A DNA stretch of 58,809 nucleotides, filler included, from Sphacelaria rigidula (Eukaryota): NCBI GenBank assembly GCA_964200075.2. It is 8 parts of 8 records of this genome, joined end to end, with 100 filler letters (N's around TTAATTAATTAA, not from the genome) between each part and the next. Parts side by side here need not be neighbours in the genome. Positions count along the whole stretch, not along the records: positions 22,093 to 29,356 come from CAXNAA020015714.1; positions 29,457 to 36,720 come from CAXNAA020015715.1; 6 more parts are not named here. The stretch is one strand, 5' to 3'. Shown here piece after piece: positions 23,360 to 36,004 of this stretch. The position numbers and the translations under genes were made by a program. How positions within the stretch are numbered: the first letter of the stretch is position 1; each line of letters begins with the position of its first letter. Below the pieces are notes generated by a model. That model worked only from the letters and a program-made list of their open reading frames with translations. It was not told the origin of the DNA and searched no databases.

Positions 23360-26300
23360 ATGAGCAGCGGATTCGGGGGAGGAGGTTTATCGGAAAGATC
23401 TCTTCTCAATGATTTGCACGAAGATGAGACCCAAGTTCTACGTGGTGGTGAAATGGACGCTCTGCTCCAGGGCGAGGATTTCGATGAAGTCGAGCCCACC
23501 AGCAAGGATGACATCCTCGAGAAGAAAGATAAGGAGATAAGAGGGTGAGCAGGGGTGATTGCATCCATATATGCAATTATGTAGAGATCCAGTCTAAGAA
23601 TACGTGGTGCGACTGTCCTTGGAGAACGTGAGGACGGCTTGTGCATTTTGTGTCAAGTTGTGTCTGCTGCCTCAATTTAGTGGGGTGCCGTTTTGAAACA
23701 TGTGGCCGTTGAAACTCAGGTGCCCAGGCTCAGTCATGTACCTTGACATGTTCTTGCTTCGCCCCTTTGTCGCAGCGTGCGCCTATCATATACTGTCAGT
23801 AGGGCGTGTCGCATGTTGGGTGTATGCATTTGCACTCGAGCAACAGAGAAAATCAACAGAGGGCAATGGCACATGAGTTCTTGACGCTGGGAAAAAATGC
23901 GGCAGTGTTGTACACGGGTATACTTCTCACGAGTACTCGCCCCGGGGGTCTCATGGTCCGAATGTCACCTATAGGGCGTACTCATTTGTTGCTTGCCTTA
24001 GTCGTTTGACCATTGACCACGCATCCCTTTCGAGACGGAGCACACCTATAGGGGAGAGAGGACGCGGGTTCGATTCCCGATGCGTTGGGTTTTGCCTTCG
24101 CAAGTATCTGATTCCCACCATCGAAAGCGTGGTTCCGTGAGGAAACAAAGAGCAGTTGATTGCTTTTGTTTGTCGAGGGTTGACGCGGTGTGGGATTGCT
24201 ACCCCTATGCGCGAGACAAAAATGCAAGGCGTGCACCAGGGAGAGATGGGTTCATCCCTTGAGACCACGCAGTCGTCCTGGGGAAGAGGAGGGGTTCAAA
24301 GCGTGACAACAAAAAGTACAATCTGTATCGTTTTTATCTGTTCGCTCGTTGCATTGCAAACGCAAAAGCAGGGGTGGAAGGCCGACAGCAGACGACGCCA
24401 TGAAAGCATCAAAGGCACCCTGCATTCGTGTCGCTCTTCCTCAACAACCCAACCATGTCCCATCGTTCGAATGAGACAGACATGCACTTTCAAAAAACAC
24501 CTCGAAATTGATGCCCATAGAAATCGCCTCTTGTGTTCTCACTCACACCCCCCATGGTTATCGTAAACCTGCTCATGAGAGTCCACTCCGCACCGAGCAA
24601 TATCAAAGGGGGGCGCATGACCCCATTGGGTGCAATAACTCCAATTTTTACGGTAGTACTGTGACCTCGCTCACCTCCCCCCTCCCTTCCGCCTCCAAAC
24701 GGCGACTTGGACCGCAATTCTCGGCTGCTCCAGTCCCCAGCCCCTTTCTTGCAACGGGGTTACAGTTGATCATTTTCACTTCGAAAACAACCGTTCTCCG
24801 TCGCTACTGATCACTTTGAAATCGGGTCCACGGGATGGTCTCACAACGTCCAAGGGCGGAACCTTGACTGGGTAGTGCCGCCCTAAGACCCGTCCCTATT
24901 CCCGCGTTCAGACAGAAACTACGCCAGCTCCCTGTGCTCTGTCACTATCTGGAAAAGTCGACAAAAATTACACCCAGTGCCACTGATGACATTTCGTTCA
25001 CCTGCTCGAGCTCCGCCAGTCAGAATCTCCACACTGACAGTAAAAATGTGTGGTTTCCACCCCCAATATGCTGGACATTACACTCATCGGTGCGAAAGAG
25101 CTGAGCCACAATTTGCTCCCACGGCCTTTTGCTTCTTTCCGTGTATGGGTGCATGCGCTTTTTATGCACGACTTTTTTTACACCTGGGGCCATGCTGCAT
25201 GGGGCGGCCATTTCTAGGTTTATTTCCTTGTAGTTTTTTTTCTGTTCTCATATCTTCGTTTATTTTTCCTTCCTGCCTGGTTTCGGCTTTGCTTTTGCCT
25301 TTGCTTTTGCTTTCTCAATTTACTCCCTTTGTTTCATCTATATTTTGTTTCCGTGTGTGTTTCTTTAACTAGCGTTTTCGGCATGTTTTACCTTGGGTAC
25401 AGCTATCCTGTGGCAACGGCTGGGTCCCTCGGGGGTCAATTAACGTGCGACAATCAATATCAGCTAATCGATATGTTTAATCACCATCTGTTTGCAACAC
25501 TGATTTTTTTCGGATTTATTTCAGAGCATCGCCTTCGCTGTGAACAAATTAGCGCTGTGGCTGGTTTCACCGCACGGCGAGTAAGACTTTTCACTGCTTT
25601 GGTTTTTATTGTGCACATGGATAATATACGCGGAGTATATGAGACGGAGAGGAACAAGAAGAACGTAGTAGTCAGGCCTGGATATCCAGACTAGACATTG
25701 TTCCCTGATCGGCGCGTCGCTCAATCCTAGCATTGGTCGTCTCCGGTAACTCCTCCCCTCAAGCTTAGGTTGTATTGATCGTGATGCCCATTGCCAGCTG
25801 CACTTGATGGTACACATTGTTCAGGTCATAATCCACACCACAACACGATGTTCTGATTTTTCTAACGCCACAGACTACGAAAACAGCTGGAGTCGGCCCG
25901 CGTTATCATCGAAGGCATGGCAAACCGCGGGGTGGCACAGAGCGGGAGCAGTAAGCGGCTCAGGTTGAGTTCGGACCTCAAGTCCCCGGCGTTTAGTAGG
26001 TTCGACTTTTCTTACTGCGTAGTAGCCTTCAGAGTCTGTGTCAAAGGACATGAGTACCAAACTTCATTGCGATTAAGGAGAGCTTGACCCTTTGAGATCT
26101 GATGCACGGTACTTTTCGTTACCCGATTTTTGAAATACCGATCTGCAACTCAGTCTTCTGTACTGTATTTTGCTGCCACTATCATATATCTCACTGCTTC
26201 TTCATATTTTGGGTGTCAATGGTTATGCTACTTTTGCAGTTAGTAGTGACGCGCTCTTGCCGACGGATATAATGATGCAAGAAAAGTCAAAGCGAGAGCA

Positions 26301-27561
26301 ACTGCCGAGTACGAGCGCGTTCACGACGGGTCCAAGCTACGGTGTCGCTCTATGGCGCGCTACTGAACGAACGCAAGCTCACCATAGTCGTTGTCCACAT
26401 CCCGTACGCGGCTGAGACGTTTACCCCATTCCCACTGTTGTTGTTAGACGGCCCGTTTGTTTGATTCTCGATCAGACTGGGAGACAAGAAGTAAGGGCAG
26501 GATGTGGACGGCGGGACTCTTGAACTCACCAGGCCTGTATTCGCGCCCATATTTTTTTGTCAACATCGTGCTCTACTGTCCACGGAATAAGTAGTGACAA
26601 CGGAGGGTCGGCGGACGCTTCGTATGGGCCCTTGGAGGCCAAGGTAGATCGTCTCGAGTGGGAGCTCAAGGAGGAACGAGTGAAGAGAGAACACGACAAG
26701 ATCCGCTTCGAGCGACTGCTAGGAGAGGCCGACAGCACCAAGCAGAAACTTCTTCGCCAGGTCGGGCTACACGAAAACGTTTTAGCTTCGCGAACCATGC
26801 GTACACCAGAAAGGCAGGGAAGGGGCCAAGGGCGGGAGGCTACTGACAGCGCATGCGTATGGCCAGTTTCTCGACCATTCGTCTTTAACCTCGCGTCCTT
26901 ACCATGTCAGAATAGTTGCACACGCCAAGACATCCTGTGCGTCTCAAGAGCAATCCTCAGCGATGAAGCATAGTCTGCACATGTCCATGGAGTCGGCTTT
27001 GTCGACGTGGGGTACGCGCATTTATTTCTTGGGCGAGTTTTGTCTCACGAGCACCGAGCGGCTTGTAAACCGTGTCTTCTGGCTTGTAAATGTTGATGGT
27101 GTATGGACTACAGCGGGAACAGGACGCACACTATCTGACGATATGGATCGCGTCGCGTTTCATTTGTCCACGCTGTCGTGCAAGTTGGGGCTTCAGCGGC
27201 TACGTGCACCATGGGTGGTGTTCTGTCGCCGTACGTGATGACCTCCAAGCACTAAGATCTAGTCTCCTGTCTCAGGGGAACAAAAGAAGAAACTGAGATA
27301 TAGTAATCACCGATCAACCAAATCTTCTCTGGCTTCTTTTTTTTTCTTCTTCTTTTTTCAATGCGGTGCTTTTTCACCGGTTACACAGGTAAATTTCCTG
27401 TCCCAGGAGGAGGAGCAGGCCAGGGCGGAATACGCCAAGAAACGAGAAGAGTTCTCATCGGAGAACTCGAGGTTACAAGAGGCTCTCGACGAAGTAAGAG
27501 CAATGCTAGCCGCAAATGAAGGCGGAGATATGGGCGAACAAGAGCGGAGACGGCTCATGAG
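23360..27561 (+). CDS. Coiled-coil protein, 5' fragment. Exons 23360-23544, ~26592/26595-26760, 27389-27493 or -27561; intervening exons unresolved. Weakly MAD1-like
   Basis: The ATG exon ends at GG|gtgagc. Downstream exons join in phase: LEAKVDRLEWELKEERVKREHDKIRFERLLGEADSTKQKLLRQ/VNFLSQEEEQARAEYAKKREEFSSENSRLQEALDE, with a strong heptad pattern. Confidence 0.55.
23940..24316 (+). mobile_element. tRNA-derived SINE, interrupted by a mini-repeat insertion at 23977-24042
   Basis: B-box GGTTCGATTCCC at 24067-24078. The 3' part (gagagatgggttcatcccttgagaccacg...ggggttcaaagcgtgacaa) is homologous to 19828-19849 plus 20213-20260. Confidence 0.65.
25388..25465 (+). mobile_element. Non-LTR retroposon 3' end. 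Homologous copies at 28068-28143(+) and more distantly ~5520-5565(-)
   Basis: cttgggtac(a/g)gctatc(c/a)tgt...acggctgg(g/a)tcc..gggggg?..(t)caa..gtgcgac followed by an (ATCA)n-like tail at both main sites. Confidence 0.6.
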
Positions 27562-27582
27562 GTGCGCCACGCTTGTTGCTGA

Positions 27583-27904
27583 CAGTGTTGAGAATCGAGT
27601 ATCGAAATATCGCAATATCGATCGCGATTTTTTTCCTCGGCAATTCTCAGTATCGGAATCGCAAGCTGGTATGCCGATACGTCGGATATGCAAACTGGCT
27701 CTGTCGGGGCTCTTCTCGGGGCTTTTCGTGCAAAAGTGATACTTCGAAAACAGCAAAAAAGACCCAGAAAACCAGAAAACCAGTAAACCGGTTGTTTGGC
27801 CATTTTCCGAGTATCGATAAAAATATCGATATCGACGTTTTTTGTCGATATTAAATAAAAAAAAACAGCATCCAACTTTTTATTCCGTTCGATTTTCAAC
27901 ACTG
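27583..27904. mobile_element. hAT-type MITE, 322 bp, 8-bp TSD
   Basis: TIR CAGTGTTGA(G/A)AATCGA at both ends; flanks GTTGCTGA (27575-27582) and GCTGCTGA (27905-27912). Confidence 0.8.
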
Positions 27905-29356
27905 GCTGCTGATGCTCTCAGCGCGTAACTCACGTGGTTGGCGGTGCTGCTTGATGAAAAATGGTCATCCACGGCTCCTGACGTACAGGGTCGTCGGAGC
28001 GTTCAATTTTTCGTCACATAGATGTTTCTTCTTTTTTTCTTCTCCAGCGAGTGTTTCAGTCTTGTCCTGTCTTGGGTACGGCTATCATGTAACCACGGCT
28101 GGATCCATGGGGGGCCAGGTCAAGTGCGACTATCAATCAATCAAAGATGACATAGCGCCGTCTTCAATCCTCGATCTTGGGGCAGGAGTCACCGACGCTA
28201 CGACAGGGAAAGTGCTTGGTCCTCACGCTGATCGCCATCACAGCCTGTACAACAGATTATCACCCCCCCTGTGGGTGGCTAGTTTTGCTTTATCGACCTC
28301 ACCGTTACAGCAGCTGCTGGATTTCCCGACGTCGTTGACGCAAGCTGTACATCACATTCTATCCCCGGCGCCAATTTGGGCGGCGCGGCCTCCGCGCTTT
28401 GCCGCGGTTGCTCTCACCCGAGGCGGGGGTATTACCATACAGTGCTTTCGGTACCGGCCGTCTTCTTGCGGTACTCTTCCATCATGGTTTGTGCATGCTC
28501 TCGCCTGAGCTTTTCTTCTGCAACTCGCGGCCGCGTCTTGCATGCACTGTCGTACTACCCTCTTGCCTGAGCTTGAGAGAATCTCGAGAAGTAAGTGCAA
28601 TCCTGCGGACTGAGAAAGTTGTCCGTGTATGATCGTACCTCCCCGCCTGCCTCACAAGGAGGTGCGTCGTTCGTGCTCTCCATCGATTTGGGCGAAGAAT
28701 CACATGTCTGCGTGCAGGAGCGCACGTACTGTAACAAAAAACTGAAGTCAAGCGAACATCAACACCAAACATCTTTTTTTTTTCCCTCTCGATCCGTTGA
28801 CGAGACGTACCACTGCTCTGCATGTGCGTAAGCTACGGTGAGGAGGGAGTACAGCGCGATGAGTGGGAGCGGACTACGGCAACAGCAATGTTGCAGCAAA
28901 CCGCTTTGAATTACTCGAAGGATATAACCGGCACCCTGATAGATTAATTCGATTGATCGTCACACATTCACTGATCCTCGACGGGACCAGCCGTGGCCAT
29001 TATCCATAAGGTAGGCGTGCCCAGGGTATAAACGAAACGGAAGTGAGGGGCACGCGGCGTGATTTTTACCTCCCTCCTTACGCTATACGCTATGACACTG
29101 GCCGCGTCACCCGCGAGGTGTCTCTTCACAACCCTGGAAAATTTGAACATTTTCAAGGGTCGGACAAATCAATGATTCGTCTGGAAATTACGTGGTTTTA
29201 GTGTAATTGATTCGAATCGTACGAATCAATCCCCAGGTTTTGTTCTCAGCGTTGCAACCCAGATACACGCAGCCCAGACATGTGGAATGGCGCAAAAGTT
29301 GCGTGGATACCCCCCTTGGACCAGTGGTCAACTTTTTGCTCCCTTTTGGGCAATCA

Positions 29357-29456
29357 NNNNNNNNNNNNNNNNNNNNNNNNNNNNNNNNNNNNNNNNNNNN
29401 TTAATTAATTAANNNNNNNNNNNNNNNNNNNNNNNNNNNNNNNNNNNNNNNNNNNN
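29357..29456. other. Artificial contig spacer
   Basis: 44N-TTAATTAATTAA-44N. Confidence 0.98.
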
Positions 29457-29592
29457 AACGAGCGATGACTCGAGTGCTCGCTCTATTCATTTTTTGCACA
29501 ACGAGCGATGACTCGAGTGCTTGCCCTATTTATTTTTTGCACAACGAGCAATGACTCGAGTGCTCGCCCTCTTAATTTTTCGGCCAACGAGC
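29457..29592. repeat. 43-bp tandem repeat, at least 3 units, truncated by the contig start
   Basis: The unit aacgagcgatgactcgagtgctcgctctattcattttttgcac starts at 29457, 29500 and 29543. Confidence 0.85.
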
Positions 29593-29769
29593 AGCCCAAC
29601 GAGGGCGAGTGCCACGAGTGACACTTGTGCTCGTCCGACGCATGAAAACTTTATGGTTGAGTTATTTGTGTCTGCATTGATATCACGTGCTTGTCAGATC
29701 TCAAGGGCCGGCCCTTCCTGCGCCCCTCGCCCCCCCATCCCCTCCCACCGCGCGCCGTCTGTGCTCGTC

Positions 29770-32700
29770 ATGAATTATTCCCTCACGAATGATCGAGCAG
29801 TACCAGCATCGGCAGGGGTAGTTTTTAGCGATTTGTTTCCAGGAGCGTCCCGGCGCCATCAACTGGAAAACTATGGGAAGTGCATGAGTCGAAGAGGGAT
29901 GATGGCGAAGGCTGCTGCTGCTGCTGCTGCTGCTACCAAGGGCAAGAAGAGCGGGGCAGAGAACGATCGAGGGAAGGTGAGATGTGATACACAAGTGGCT
30001 CTGGTGCTGGTCCTACTGTCCAAGTTGCTATTGTTTTTTTTACGAGTGTAGCACATGGATGGCTTTGCAGTGCCTGACGTATACTTCGAAGTAGATTACT
30101 TGTATCAAACGTGAGGGAAGCGAGGGCCGCCGTCGACGATGACATATTTCCCATTTGTGAATAAACAAACACTTTTGCTTTATTCGGTGAAGCAACCCAC
30201 TTAGTTTTCTGATTGTCACACGAAACATATTGCTTTGGTCATATTTCAGACATTTTCCCCGTCAGAAATCGACTGTTTGTTGGGGCAACCCTCGCGGGTG
30301 TTCTATGTGAAAATCAGTGCACAAACTCCCTGTAGATCATACTTCAGCCTAACCTCACAGCTTGGCCACAGGGGAACTGCGCCCGCCATCATTCTCAGCC
30401 TTTGAGTTCACAAAATAGGTTCATCAAAAATACGTGGTACACCGCAATTTTGCGAGGACCTGGCTACAAAATCCGCGTCGACAGTTCCAGAAAATTGTCA
30501 CACACCGCGTTATACCCTCACACCAAACGGTCACACGCTCGCGCTACCTCCTGCTCATGATTAGAATCATGGAGTACCGGAAGGTCACGGCGTGGAACCA
30601 AATTTTGTACCCCAGGGTGCGCATGAGGAACGCGTTGGCTGCTCAAGACAATTGATGAGCGTTCGCTTGGAACTGTACTGTTGTGTCAACTGTCTACAAA
30701 CGGTGTACTTACGTGGTCTACAGACAGTACAATGATGTATCTGTAGTTGGTGTACATTGTGCGTATCGTTTGTGTGCCAGGACTCGTGAGGCAGCAGGAG
30801 TCACGCTTTCTACGATAGCCCCCCCCCCCCCCCAGAACGTGCCTGGTTTGGGGAGGGAAAATCTTCACGTAAATCGAAATGGGAAATCTGAGCTCAACGA
30901 GCAGCTCGGAATTACCACACTTGGGTCCGTTCTCGCCAATGTTGCCCATATGAGGCGCTTCATGCACAGCCTGAATCCAAACATCAGGCGCTCTATGTAC
31001 ATTTTTTTCGTGACACTTTTGGGCTGGTTTTGGACGGGGGCTATCGTAGGAAGTGTCGAGTCGAGCATCGCTACGTACCCCACCCGCGGGTAGCTGCGGA
31101 TGAGGCCGTGCCAGTAAAGGTCGCTTTTTCACAGAAAACACCTCTTTCTTCCCAGAACGAAGAGATCGTAATCGCAAAAAATAGTTGCGTTTTGAAACGC
31201 GATTGCAAGAGCTGCCCGCGGGTCATCAGGAAGTCGACCTAGCTTCCTCGCGTGTTTCTCAACTCTCGACCGACACGGTGGCTCCTCTATGTCTAGATGG
31301 TTAGGTGGCCATTTTCCCCCCTCAGCTTTTAGCCCTCTGTAAATACGATTGACCATTGTAGCTGGAACATGAAGTTCACGGCGTCTTAAGAGTATGTGCG
31401 GAGTGAACGATTGTCCCTCTCGACCGCTGGTGTGAACGTGTATGCTGTATTTGTTCGTTGTCAAAGTAGTACTGACTGCAACAGTACTGACTGCAATATA
31501 TATTGTCACGGAGGTTTTGATTGTATCATTATTTTTTCCCTGAAAGTTGCTTTGCTTCTATTCCCTGCGCAGAACTTGAGAAAACGAGTGACCCCGTTCC
31601 CCCGTAGTTTGTAAGCAATACAGTAGGCATCCCTGAGCGACGTTTACTATTTTTCTCCCGAAAAAAGCAGGCGGCGGCAGGGAAAGCGGGGGGTGAAGAC
31701 GACTTCGGTCTGGGAGTGGTCCCTATCAACTATCTCAAGGACGGCAAGCATCCGCCCATCAAGCCTGATGAAGACTACCCCAACTGGTTGTGGGAACTTC
31801 CGGTAAGTCTGAAGAAAATTGCTAGCCGAATAGCGCGCGCGAGGGGGGGGGGGGGGCGGGCGTGTACTTACTTGTTTGCTTACCTTGGTCGTTCGACTAT
31901 TGACCACGCATCCCTTTCGAGGCGGAGCGTGGGGTGGTGGGGGGGGATTAGCATGAAACGGGTTTCTTGTGTGTTTGGGTGTCTTTGCTCTCCACCCGCT
32001 TTTTTTTTCGAGAGCAAGCGCCTATTCTTTTGTTGCTGTTGCTGTTGCTGGTGGAATTTTCATTCCTTTGAGTGTCGGTGTATGGACATCTATACCTGTC
32101 TGGCAGTTATTAATCGAGTTCACTCGATGCCTCCTCAACGGACTGATGGACATGCGCGGGTGCTTCAGGGGTAAACCCATACTTCTATTTTTTTTACCAC
32201 CAAGCTTGGAGTGTTGATGGCGAACCAAAACCACTTGAAAGCCTCAACAGTATGTAGCGTGTGCTGTCGCATGTTATGCTGTAAAACACGTTTTTCGTCA
32301 AGTCGGTGGAAGGGCGGGCGGAACATATGTACGTGCTAAAACACGCCACATCGTAAATTGGTATTTTTATTTTTATTCACTGTCGAAACCCGCAGTACTA
32401 ACCCATTACAGCTAGTGTGTCGATCGAACGTTTGAACTGTTCAGACGGCATCTACAAAACGCTGTGTCTTCCTACCTTCCTCTAGCTTCATCGATGTATA
32501 TGAATTGATGAAGGGAGAGGGTAAAACTTCATCACTTGTGGACACAGGCATGGCGCTACCATCTTTTCGACCGCCGGCCGGATGTACTGGTATCGCGGTT
32601 GTGGCTATCTGAAAGATCCTGGCATGCCCAAGGGACGCAATTCCACACGTCGAACATGTCTGAAGGCCCTTGTTATCGAAGGGGATTCTCCTCTTCTTCA

Positions 32701-35700
32701 CAATCTCCTTTTGACAGGGGATTGACCTCATAACGACCAGTCCTGAGTCCTGCTGTCTGGAGAGAAGCTGTTGCTCTAGGCTCCAATTTAGGTCCGACCG
32801 CTTTTATGGAAGTCGGGTGTCGTGTCCGAATCAAGACAAAATAAAACAAACGTTGGTGTGCCCAAAAAGTGAATGTACAATCATTTTTTTTACGTGTCCC
32901 TTTGTTGATTATTTGTACCGTACCTTGTGTTGCCCCACTAAAGCAAGTACTTTTAGCCAAACTCAGAGTCACGAGCAATTCCAAGAAAGCACCTCGAAGC
33001 AGGAAGAGTACAAGAGCGGTGAAGCGCGGGGATGCGTGCAGAAAACACCGTCTGCCCTCACCCTTGCGTCTCTTCGTCCCTTCTATCGTACTTGACAAAC
33101 AGTATGTGACGTTGACTCTGAAAGACCTCACTCTGCAGCCCCATAGTACACCCAACAGCTAGTTATTCTTGCACGTGGGTCCAATACATGTCAAAAGGAC
33201 GTCCTGCTTCTTGAATCTTCGCCCTTGACCCTTTTGGGACCGGGCCTCCAGAACGGCCAATGAGGCTGGTCAGGAATGACGTGTCTAGCGTCTGCACGAA
33301 ACAGTGGCGTGTTGCTGAAAATTCGTTTATGTAACCGCAGGGTTATGACATAGACCGAAGTTCTAATCTATTTCGAGGTGCAGGATGCGCATTAGGTGGT
33401 GTACATCTGATGTAGCAAGCAGTATGGGTCGCGGTAAAGAGCTTTCAACAGGATGCGACGACCGGCGGGCCGCCCGCCACTTGTGGCTTTGGATGATACT
33501 TTTGCCCCCATCACCTTGCCACACAGCCCTTTGTGGCAAGGGGTGGGCCGCCATTTCCCACCTTCTTGCATGCGGCAAATTCTCTTCGAACGGTATTGGC
33601 GTTGCGGTGCGCATGCACACAACAGTATAGTACAGTACAGTCTAGTACGCCTCTCCAACTGAAGCAGCAGCTGCCGCTGCACACTCCCTTGCACGTTCTC
33701 GGCAATTTCAGCAACCGAATTCAGCTGCCTATATACAGCTTGGTCATCTCCATCCACCACATACATGTGGACTGCACACTGCAAGTCATCCGCAGAGGAA
33801 TACGCGGAATTCATGACGGTAGCTCCTTTTGTCTTTCCACTTTCCACTTTTCACAGCCCACCTGGATTTGGTGCCTCGTGAAAATGACCACATGGTGGCA
33901 TGTACACTCCTTCCCGGTTTTTCCGGCCCACCCTGTGTTGGTGTAAATTACTACGTTTGAGTATATAATTGGGACCCAAAAAACACTCCGGCAAAACTCG
34001 GGAACGGTATACGGAGTGCAAATAATACCACAAAAGCAAGCCGCGACCATCCTGCACTTGGAAACCTGGAGAGGCTTATCTGGGCCAGGGATAGGGCCCC
34101 CACACGATCTTTGCAGTGGCATCACACTCGACAACAATCCCTGCGCTGGTCGTTCGCGTCTGGTCGATAATTTTCGCCTCGCCGTGATTTGGCAGGTCGC
34201 TCGAAGACTTATTTTTAATTATTTTTCCAACACAGGGTCAACCCTGTGTTAGTGGGGATCCGGTCCCAAAAGGGTTAAACATACCCCTATTGCTCTGACC
34301 TTCCGATCCGGAATACAAGTTTTTCTTGACTTTTATTCCTTCAACTTTGAACACGTCAGCCCACTTGTATCTCGAAACTAGAATTATGCTTGCATAGCCT
34401 TCAAAAACCACAATACAATCTCTGTACTCCGGACTAGGATTATTTTATCATGTTTTACCCTGCTTTTCGATTTTTCCATACAGTACACACTTCCATCTTT
34501 TCAAACTAGAACTGGTTCAGTACAACACCATAAAGCCTCCCAGAGCTCGGCTCACCACACTATCGAGAAGCAGTTCTGTACAGATCGGACCCCAGATCTA
34601 CGCGCGGGTTCTCAAATGCCGCGGGTCTGGAGGTGGTCGTTAGTCCAAGGTCTGTATGATGCTACAGGCAAGACGCAACAAGGCTACACAACACCTACAC
34701 ACCCAGCTCCGGAAAAACACGCACAGACACCCACCACTCACGCGCATTAATTTCACCGCTAGCCCTTGCTAATCTACACACGGCAGTCTTTGACGGAAAT
34801 CCGTTTTGTATTGAACGAATAGCGGCCGCGCGGGTGTCAAAAACAACCGAAAACGTGTCGTTGCTGACCGTTCTGTAAGCGTGTGCTGTGCGCGCGTCTC
34901 ATACAAATTCATAATTTCTCAACGAATTCTGAACAGATTTGAGCAAGGTCACGCACAACGTGCATCATAGCTAATGATCAGCCACGGCTCGAGCTGTGTA
35001 ATATATATAGTTTTGGGATGCGGGGCCATCAAGTTCCTCAGGTCAAGCTCTGATTATGTTGGGTAGTGTGATGAGCCTTTGCATGTGCCCTTGTCAACCG
35101 GACATGTATGTTCCCCGTCGACGTGTGCGGAAATCCTTCTTCGAAAAGGGGGTTTCTGTGCACGTTGAGAGTTTTTTTTTTTGGGGGGGGGGGGTGTCGC
35201 ATCGACCAATTAGCGGCTGTTTTTGAAGCAGGGGGTTTCGAAAACGGGGAAATGCTCGTCGTTAAAAAAGACCCTGATTGTCGGGCGTTGAACTCGATCT
35301 CCTTGATGTAGTCGTAAAAACCTTTTGAGCAGTCGAGATGACCCGCATGGGGTCATTCCCCATTTTTCGAATCACTCGTATGGTTTGCTTCACACTCGTT
35401 TGCCCTCCCCTTTTTTTCTCCGAATTGGTCGTATGACCGGAGCTTGCTCGTCCTACTTTCCCGATAGGGTCGTGATGGCTCGAGTCATGACAATGTGGAA
35501 CGTTACGAACATTACGAGTAAATTTGTTTATCTTGGCAGAGAGTACGATGGTGGGTATGAGCACGCACTTATCTGTGTGCGTGTAGCACTAAAAGGGGGC
35601 GTGTGTGTGTCTCTGTCTCTGTGCAATGCTCCTGTCTTACACAAGTATGGGTCACGTCCCCGCGCTCCTTGTTTTTGTTGTTGCCGGGTCTGGCCTTGCC

Positions 35701-36004
35701 TTTCGTGCTTTCGTTTCGCTGTTTGTCCCTTTTTGCTTGTCTTGTTTTGTTTTTTTAATGTTTTTTTCCTGCTGACCTGCTCGTTTCTTCCTTGTTTCAA
35801 CTTTGTTTTTGGTTCTACTTCCTTCATGTCTGTCTGTTTGTCTCACTCTCTCTTTCTTCTCGTTTTTTTTTTTCGCAGCAAATGAGCAAGGCCAAATTGA
35901 GCCGAATTCCGGAGGAAGAGATGACTATCAAGCAGATGCGTCGATTGTTGCAGCTGCAGAACCGAGACAGAATCAAGGACCAGAATACAAACAGCAGATT
36001 CTGA
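29770..36004 (+). CDS. MRPL54: Mitochondrial ribosomal protein mL54 (L37/L54 family). Exons (start uncertain, 29770 or 29884)-29976, 31671-31802, 35879-36004
   Basis: Phase-0 GT-AG joins give ...KGKKSG...VPINYLKDGKHPPIKPDEDYPNWLWELP/QMSKAKL...MRRLLQLQNRDRIKDQN...F*. This contains the family signature NxxKxGxxPxxKPDxxYPxWLW and the basic C-terminal helix. Confidence 0.88.
31843..31929 (-). repeat. Mini-repeat family copy (subfamily A) in an mL54 intron
   Basis: G-run followed by cgtgtacttacttgtttgcttaccttggtcgttcgactattgaccacgcatccctttcgaggcggagc. Confidence 0.75.
33229..34274. mobile_element. Non-autonomous piggyBac-type element (~1.05 kb) in mL54 intron 2
   Basis: Perfect 15-bp TIR CCCTTTTGGGACCGG; flanks TTGA (33225-33228) and TTAA (34275-34278). 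Confidence 0.75.
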
